A stretch of DNA of 60,852 bases from IMG/VR virus record IMGVR_UViG_3300035156_000177, positions 1 to 60,852 of that record. One strand, written 5' to 3'. Shown in pieces: positions 55,119-60,852 of the stretch. The translations under genes were made by a program, and so were the position numbers. The DNA is from a virus. Its lineage: Duplodnaviria; Caudoviricetes. Each line of letters starts with the position of its first letter. Within the stretch, counting starts at the first letter, position 1. The notes under the pieces were generated by a model that was given only the letters and a program-made list of their open reading frames with translations, searched no databases and had not been told where the DNA came from.

Positions 55119-55718
55119 ATGCCAACATCTGCAGCGCGGAGCGGAAACCCCGCGAAGAGGGCCGCGGCGAAGCCAGTCAGCGTTTCCTCGGCGTCGTCGT
55201 TCAAGAAGAAGCTGGTGGCCCAACCGGTCACCCTGCCCTCCGGTGAGGTCGCCCGGATCCGGCGCATCGAACTCACCACCCTGCTGGCCGAGGGGCTACT
55301 CGGCGACGAGATCTCCGTGATCGCCCAGAAGGCCATCGACAGCGGCAAGGGCGTCAGCCCGGCCCAGCAGAAGGAGATGACCGAGGACCCGTCCAAGGTC
55401 GGCGCCATGCTCGACGCCTTCGACCGGATCGTCTGCCGGACCTGGGTCGAGCCGACGGTGATCTACTACCGCGCGGTTTGGAACGAGGACGCCGGGACCT
55501 GGGTCATGCCGGACCCCAATACCCAGACCCCGGTCGTGCCCGAGACCGAGCGCGACGAGGAGCAGCTGTTCTCCGACGAGTTGAGCATGGACGACAAGAT
55601 CTTCACGTTCAACTACATCTCAGGGGGTAGCCCTGACCTGGCTGAGTTTCGCAAGCAATTCGGCGAATCTCTGGCGCACCTATCAGATGGCCAAGGAGTG
55701 GTCATGCCGGCCGAGTGA
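55119..55718 (+). CDS. tail assembly chaperone (G-like)
   Basis: V.LPSG; between MTP and tape measure; ends L.EFR. Confidence 0.8.
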   Translation: MPTSAARSGNPAKRAAAKPVSVSSASSFKKKLVAQPVTLPSGEVARIRRIELTTLLAEGLLGDEISVIAQKAIDSGKGVSPAQQKEMTEDPSKVGAMLDAFDRIVCRTWVEPTVIYYRAVWNEDAGTWVMPDPNTQTPVVPETERDEEQLFSDELSMDDKIFTFNYISGGSPDLAEFRKQFGESLAHLSDGQGVVMPAE

Positions 55719-55932
55719 GATCCTCGCCGTCGCCGACCCGGTGACCGCGTTCTGCTTCGACCGGGCGGTCTACCTCTTCGGCACCGCACTCTCGAGCGAG
55801 TTGGAGAACGTGAAGGCGAAGACCGACAAGGAGCGCAAGAACAAGCAGGACCGCATTCTCAGCAAGTGGATCCCAGAAGCCAAGGCCAGGCAGAAGAGCA
55901 AGTTCAAGGACCCGGCCAGCAGACAGGGATAG
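55648..55932 (+). CDS. tail assembly chaperone extension (GT-like), reached by probable +1 frameshift
   Basis: +1 frame open through GAG TTT CGC (55644-55652) and reads FASNSANLWRTYQMAKEWSCRPSE. Confidence 0.65.
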   Translation, partial: FASNSANLWRTYQMAKEWSCRPSEILAVADPVTAFCFDRAVYLFGTALSSELENVKAKTDKERKNKQDRILSKWIPEAKARQKSKFKDPASRQG

Positions 55933-55935
55933 ACC

Positions 55936-58900
55936 ATGGCAGCGAACCTCGGCACCGCGTCGGGCCGCATCGAGATCGACGGCTCGGGCGCGCAGCAGGG
56001 GTTCGCCACCGCCCAGGCCGCTGCTGACGCGTTCTTCTCGGCGATCTCCAACAAAATCTCCGACGTCGAGTCCATCGGTCACAAGCTGCAGGCCGTCGGC
56101 GCTGTGGCGGCCACCGGGTTCGGGCTGGCCGTCAACAGCGCTGCGTCCTTCGAGCAGGCCCTGGACGGCATCCAGGCCGTCTCAGGGGCCACCGAGGAGC
56201 AGATGTCGGCCGTGTCGGCGGCGGCCCTGCGGATCGGCAAGGACACCCAGTACAGCGCCACAGAGGCCGCTGCAGCGATCGAGGAGATCATCAAGGCGGG
56301 CGTCTCCGTAGAGGACGCCCTGAACGGGGCTGCAGACGCCACCGTGGCCCTGGCAGCGGCTGGCGGGATCTCACTGCCCGAGGCCGCCTCGATCGCCTCC
56401 AACGCCCTCAACGTGTTCAACCTCAAGGGTCAGGACATGGCGCACGTCGCCGACCTGATCGCCGGGGCCGCGAACGCCAGCGCCATCGACGTGTCCCAAT
56501 TCGGCATGTCGCTGTCCCAGGCCGGGGCCGTGGCCAACCTGACCGGGATGTCCTTCGACGACCTGTCGGTGGCGATCGCCGAAATGGGCCAGGCGGGTAT
56601 CAAGGGGTCCGATGCGGGCACCTCCATCAAGACCTTCCTGACCAACCTGATCCCGACCACGAACGCCCAGACGGCAGAGTTCAAGCGGCTCGGCCTGGTG
56701 TCGGTGGACACGACCGCCGACATGCAGAAGCTCGCCAAGATGGGCATCAAGCCGACCTCGATGGCCTACGACGACGTGTCGAAGGCCCTGGGCAAGTACG
56801 TCGAGGCCAGCGGTGGCGGAGCCGTGGGGACGGCCAAGAACGCGAAGGCCTCGGCCAAGCTCGGCCAGGAGCTCGGCATCCTCAAGAACAACTTCTTCGA
56901 CGCCGAGGGCAACCTCAAGTCCTTCGCCGACGTGCAGGGCGAGCTCCAGCGGGCCACGGCCGGGATGACCAAGGAGCAGAAGCTCCAGTCGCTCGAGCTG
57001 CTGTTCGGGTCCGACGCGATCCGGGCGGCCGCGGTGTTCGCCGACCAGGGGGCGGCCGGCTTCGACAAGATGGCGGCCAGCATGTCCAAGGTGACGGCCG
57101 CCCAGGTGGCCGCGACCCGGATGGGCAACCTCCGAGGGGCCATCGAGGAGCTCAAGGGCTCGCTTGAGACCGCGGCCATCATCATCGGCAACGTCTTCCT
57201 GCCCGTGGTGACCAAGATCGTCCAGGCCGTGACGGCTGTGGTCAACGTCTTCAACAACATGCCTGCCGGAATGCAGCGGGCCATCGCGGTGATCCTCGGG
57301 GTCGGGGCGGCCCTGGCAGCCCTGGTGGGGACCCTGCTGACCCTGATCGTCCCGATAACGCTGCTGATCGCCAAATTCGCCGGGTTCGCGGTCCTCAAGA
57401 GCATCTTCTCGATCTTCACAACAGGGTTTGCCGCGCTCAGGAGCGGCGCTGGCGTCATGGCAGCCGTTGCGGCGACCGCGGCTAGGGCTGGGGTGGTGTT
57501 CGGCCGTCTGGCGGGCTTCGGGCGGCTCCTGTTCGCCGCTGTCTCCCGGATCCCGGCGGCCTTCCTGCTGCTCCGGGGCATCGGGGGCATCGTGTTCGGG
57601 CCGATCGGTCTGGCCATCGGGCTGGCGATCACCGCCCTGCAGCTGCTCTACAGGCACTTCGCCCCTTTCCGGAACATGGTCAACCAGGCTGCCTCGGCCG
57701 TCCAGGGCGGGTTTCTGGCGGCGCTGCGGGGCATCGGGGTCGCGGCCGGGATCGTGGCCGACGGGTTCCGTAACGGGGTCACCGGCGGGTCGGCGTTCGC
57801 CACCTTCCTGCAGACCGTCGGCGCCGGCGCGCGGATCCTGTGGAACGCCCTCCAGCAGCTCGCCGCGGCTTTCACGGGCCAGCTGCTCCCGGCCCTGCGG
57901 GCGGCGGGGGCGGCCCTGGGAGGGGCCTTCATGTCGGCCTGGACGTCGATCTCGGCGGCGGTGACCGGCACCCTCCTTCCGGCTTTCCGCCAGCTCGGCG
58001 CGGCCCTGGCACCCCTGATGCCCTACCTCGTCCAGTTCGGGGCGATGCTGCTCAAGATCGTCGGGGCCATCCTGCTGGCTGCGGCGGCCGTGGTCGGCGG
58101 GCTGCTGCTCGGGCTGATCAAGCTGGCCACCCTGATCGTCGGCACCGTGCTCCCGGCCATCATTCAGTTCGGCGCCTTCATCCTGTCGGCGATCGTCCCG
58201 GCGATCGCGGCCGTGGTGGGGTGGATCGTCCAGTTCGTCGCCGCCTTGGTCGGCTTCGTGACCGGCTTCGTGACCATGTGGCAGACGGCGGCCGCGGCGA
58301 CGTCGACCGGTGTGTCGGCCATCACCGGATTCCTGGTCGGCATCGCGGCCTTCTTCGCCTCGGTGTTCACCGCGATCCGCACCGTAGTGGTCACCGTGAT
58401 GACGGCCATCATGACCACGATCCTCACCATCACCGCCTCCATCAAGGCCGCCTGGTTCGCCTTCTGGAACTCGAGCTTCGGGCAGCTGGTGCTGCAGGCC
58501 CTGGGGCTGGTCCGCGACATCGTGGTCCTGGTGATGAACGTGATCCGGCTGGCGATCATCGTGGCCCTGCAGGGGATCCGGGCCGTCTGGACGGCGACCT
58601 GGAACACCGTGCGGGCCGTGGTGCTGGCGGTGTGGGCCGGGATCCGGGCCCAGGTGTCCGCGGCCGCCTCGGCGGTGGCGTCGGTGGTGACGTCGGCGTT
58701 CAACCGGGTCAGGTCCGTCGTGGTGTCGGTCTCGGGAGCGGTCCGGTCGGCGGTGTCCTCGGCCTGGAGCGCGGTGCGGTCGGTGACGACCTCGGCCTAC
58801 AACGCGGTCGCCAACGCCGTCCGGTCGGCCATGACCAGGGTCCTGTCGGTGGTCCGCACCCAGACGGCCGGGGTCCGCGCGGCCATCTCGTCGGCCTGGA

Positions 58901-59466
58901 ACGCGGCGAAGACCCTCACGGCGTCCATCTGGGCCGGGCTGCTGGCGGCGGTGACGTCGAAGATCCAGGCGATCATGGCCAAGGTCCGCTCGATCAAGGG
59001 TCAGGTGATCGGGGCGTTCGCCGGCGCCGGGTCCTGGCTGGCAGGGGCGGGGCGCGCGATCGTGCAGGGGCTGATCGGCGGGATCTCGAGCAGACTGGGG
59101 GCGGCCAGGGCCAAGGTCCGCGAACTCACCTCGATCGTCAAGAAGGCTGCTGCGGCCGCCCTCAAGATCGGGTCCCCGTCGAAGGTGTTCGCCCAGTACG
59201 GCTCGTGGACGGTGGAAGGCTTCGAGCAGGGCGTCGACTCCCGGCTGATCAACCTCAGGCGAACGATGGCCAGCATGGGGGATGTGGTGGTCGACAGTCC
59301 CCGGGTGGCCGGTCAGCAGGAGGCGCCGGTCAGGGGTCGGACGCAGGAGGCTCCGACGGCGACGGGGCCGGCGGTGCACCAGGAGATCACCATCAACAAC
59401 CCCGAGCGGGTGCGGGACAGCAAGGATCTGGACCGTTCGCTGCAGTTGGCCGGAGCGTTCCTGTGA
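55936..59466 (+). CDS. tape measure protein (TP901-like)
   Basis: AASFEQ, GIKGSDAGTS.K, LFGSDAIRAA, W-spaced amphipathic repeats, LKIGSPSKVF. Confidence 0.95.
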   Translation: MAANLGTASGRIEIDGSGAQQGFATAQAAADAFFSAISNKISDVESIGHKLQAVGAVAATGFGLAVNSAASFEQALDGIQAVSGATEEQMSAVSAAALRIGKDTQYSATEAAAAIEEIIKAGVSVEDALNGAADATVALAAAGGISLPEAASIASNALNVFNLKGQDMAHVADLIAGAANASAIDVSQFGMSLSQAGAVANLTGMSFDDLSVAIAEMGQAGIKGSDAGTSIKTFLTNLIPTTNAQTAEFKRLGLVSVDTTADMQKLAKMGIKPTSMAYDDVSKALGKYVEASGGGAVGTAKNAKASAKLGQELGILKNNFFDAEGNLKSFADVQGELQRATAGMTKEQKLQSLELLFGSDAIRAAAVFADQGAAGFDKMAASMSKVTAAQVAATRMGNLRGAIEELKGSLETAAIIIGNVFLPVVTKIVQAVTAVVNVFNNMPAGMQRAIAVILGVGAALAALVGTLLTLIVPITLLIAKFAGFAVLKSIFSIFTTGFAALRSGAGVMAAVAATAARAGVVFGRLAGFGRLLFAAVSRIPAAFLLLRGIGGIVFGPIGLAIGLAITALQLLYRHFAPFRNMVNQAASAVQGGFLAALRGIGVAAGIVADGFRNGVTGGSAFATFLQTVGAGARILWNALQQLAAAFTGQLLPALRAAGAALGGAFMSAWTSISAAVTGTLLPAFRQLGAALAPLMPYLVQFGAMLLKIVGAILLAAAAVVGGLLLGLIKLATLIVGTVLPAIIQFGAFILSAIVPAIAAVVGWIVQFVAALVGFVTGFVTMWQTAAAATSTGVSAITGFLVGIAAFFASVFTAIRTVVVTVMTAIMTTILTITASIKAAWFAFWNSSFGQLVLQALGLVRDIVVLVMNVIRLAIIVALQGIRAVWTATWNTVRAVVLAVWAGIRAQVSAAASAVASVVTSAFNRVRSVVVSVSGAVRSAVSSAWSAVRSVTTSAYNAVANAVRSAMTRVLSVVRTQTAGVRAAISSAWNAAKTLTASIWAGLLAAVTSKIQAIMAKVRSIKGQVIGAFAGAGSWLAGAGRAIVQGLIGGISSRLGAARAKVRELTSIVKKAAAAALKIGSPSKVFAQYGSWTVEGFEQGVDSRLINLRRTMASMGDVVVDSPRVAGQQEAPVRGRTQEAPTATGPAVHQEITINNPERVRDSKDLDRSLQLAGAFL

Positions 59467-59467
59467 T

Positions 59468-59638
59468 GGGGGTTAGGGGTGATGTTGGGTGTTACGTTTC
59501 GCTCCCTCGACCAATAAACGCGTATGTGCGTAAGTTACCCGTCAGTAGGTTACTGGCCAGTAACTTAAAACATGCGATTTTCACACGCGTACGCCGCAAC
59601 CTAACACCCCTAATACTCCTAACACCCCGTATCACCCC
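59468..59638. repeat. iteron-like inverted-repeat element (copy B, inverted relative to copy A)
   Basis: 59468-59525 is close to the reverse complement of 23194-23251; right arm CTAACACCCCTAATAC matches; core palindrome GTTACTGGCCAGTAAC. Confidence 0.8.
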
Positions 59639-59671
59639 TATTTTCTACTGTTTAGCGCACTTGGAGGACCG

Positions 59672-60607
59672 ATGAGGGACCTGATCGTCGACGGAGTGCC
59701 GCTGCGCGACCCTCTCGGGGAGTGGTTCATCGACTACACGCGGTCGCGGATGCTCCCCGAGATCCAGCGCGAGTACGACTCCGACCCCGCCTACGGCGTG
59801 CACGGCTCCCCCGCCCTCCCCGCTGGTTCAGAGGCCTACTTCACCACCGGCAAGGAGTCCTGGGTCCTCAACATCACCGGCACCGACGCAGGAGACTTCG
59901 CCCAGAACTTCGGCGGGCTGGAGGGGCACCTGTCCCGGCCCGAGCTCACCGTCCTCGGCGCACCCCAACGCTCGCCGCTCGTGTCGTCAACCGCCCGGGT
60001 CTCGGCCGCCTTCAACGTGTCCGCCGACCTGGTCCAGTACGCCCGGTTCCGCAAGCTCGGCTCGACGGCGGTCGAGCGCATCGGCGAGACCGCCGCCCGG
60101 TGCACCTACACCATGGAGAACCTCACCCCGTTCTGGATGAGCAACCCCTACTACACCTCCGGCTCCCAGGCCCTGGCCAGCGCCACCCAGACCGTCACCC
60201 TGGACGGCACCGCGGCGGGGTCGACCGCCCTGATCACCGACGGCCTCGTCCGGATCAAAGGACCGCTCACCGTCGGCGGCTCGGTGACCGTCCGGGACCG
60301 GGGCGACACCTTCCGCGCCGTCCGCTACACCGCCACCACCGCGCTCGGCGCCGGCGAGTACGTCGTCATCGACATGGCCACCCTCCGGGCCCGGCTGCAC
60401 GCTACGGCGATCTGGGACCTCACCGGGGGCACCGACGTCGCCTCGCGGGTCACCACGTCCGGGGACGGGGCCTTCTACCTGTCCGGCTCCCCCGGTGCGT
60501 CCTGGCCCGGCGGCAACCAGAGCTACTACGCCGTCGCCTTCGGTGTCGGGCACACGAACGGCAGCACCGCCGTCGACTTTCGGATCCGGAGGTCCTACGC
60601 CGCATGA
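59672..60607 (+). CDS. minor tail (distal tail-like) protein
   Basis: GGAGG RBS; follows tape measure; VDGV.L, PFW, I.GP. Confidence 0.8.
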   Translation: MRDLIVDGVPLRDPLGEWFIDYTRSRMLPEIQREYDSDPAYGVHGSPALPAGSEAYFTTGKESWVLNITGTDAGDFAQNFGGLEGHLSRPELTVLGAPQRSPLVSSTARVSAAFNVSADLVQYARFRKLGSTAVERIGETAARCTYTMENLTPFWMSNPYYTSGSQALASATQTVTLDGTAAGSTALITDGLVRIKGPLTVGGSVTVRDRGDTFRAVRYTATTALGAGEYVVIDMATLRARLHATAIWDLTGGTDVASRVTTSGDGAFYLSGSPGASWPGGNQSYYAVAFGVGHTNGSTAVDFRIRRSYAA

Positions 60608-60852
60608 TCAGCAAGTACCGGTTCATCGCCTACACCCCGTTCGGCGCCGCCCTCGGCCAGCTCACCCACCCCTCCAGCTGGAAGTTCGGGCCCACCTACA
60701 ACGAGGTGCCCGGCATGACCATGAACTACCGGGACGACGCGGCCAACGCCGACCGGCTGTTCTCGGTGTGCGAGGTGGCCGCGGAGTACTCCGTCGACGG
60801 CACGACCTGGGTGGAGCCGCCCAACGCCCGCTTCCTGCGGCTCGGCCGCGGC
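60604..60852 (+). CDS. minor tail protein (partial, runs off the window)
   Basis: ATGA-coupled; W.EPPNARF. Confidence 0.7.
   Translation, partial: MISKYRFIAYTPFGAALGQLTHPSSWKFGPTYNEVPGMTMNYRDDAANADRLFSVCEVAAEYSVDGTTWVEPPNARFLRLGRG

Noticed and set aside
1-60852. Stop-codon reassignment, DGR/retron reverse transcriptase, or DNA hypermodification cluster
   Set aside because: Genes are intact and tightly coupled under the standard code; no YxDD RT, TR/VR pair or modification pathway recognised.

Overview
This window is most of a high-GC tailed (siphovirus-type) actinobacteriophage genome; host assignment is inferred from GC content, leaderless genes and gene families. From left to right: (1) 1-7.3 kb, early small-gene region with a repeated sigma70-type promoter cassette, an ArdC-like antirestriction protein and a C5 cytosine methyltransferase. 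(2) 7.3-23.6 kb, replication and recombination genes: SNF2-like helicase, HNH proteins, PD-(D/E)xK exonuclease, AAA ATPase, SSB-like protein, DnaE, RuvC-like resolvase and primase-helicase, plus two structured ncRNA candidates. (3) 23.6-27.7 kb, accessory genes: secreted protein, JAB protease, thermonuclease, probable small terminase. (4) 27.7-34.9 kb, an unusual cassette. A small HTH-containing operon converges on a minus-strand six-gene operon (last five genes translationally coupled) that encodes a membrane-anchored FtsK/TraB-like ATPase with a C-terminal GIY-YIG-like domain, a multidomain cell-wall hydrolase (SLT + beta-propeller + M15-like peptidase) and small membrane proteins. It resembles an actinomycete-style DNA-transfer module inside a phage and is the best candidate for an undescribed system. 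(5) 34.9-44.8 kb, propeller-fused endolysin, holin and large carbohydrate-active or fibre proteins. (6) 44.8-60.9 kb, terminase, portal, head and tail genes with a probable +1 frameshift in the tail chaperone. A ~160-170 bp iteron-like element occurs twice in inverted orientation (23.1 kb and 59.5 kb). I recognised no integrase, ParAB, relaxase, T4SS, reverse transcriptase or CRISPR array. All calls rest on motifs read by eye; no searches were run.
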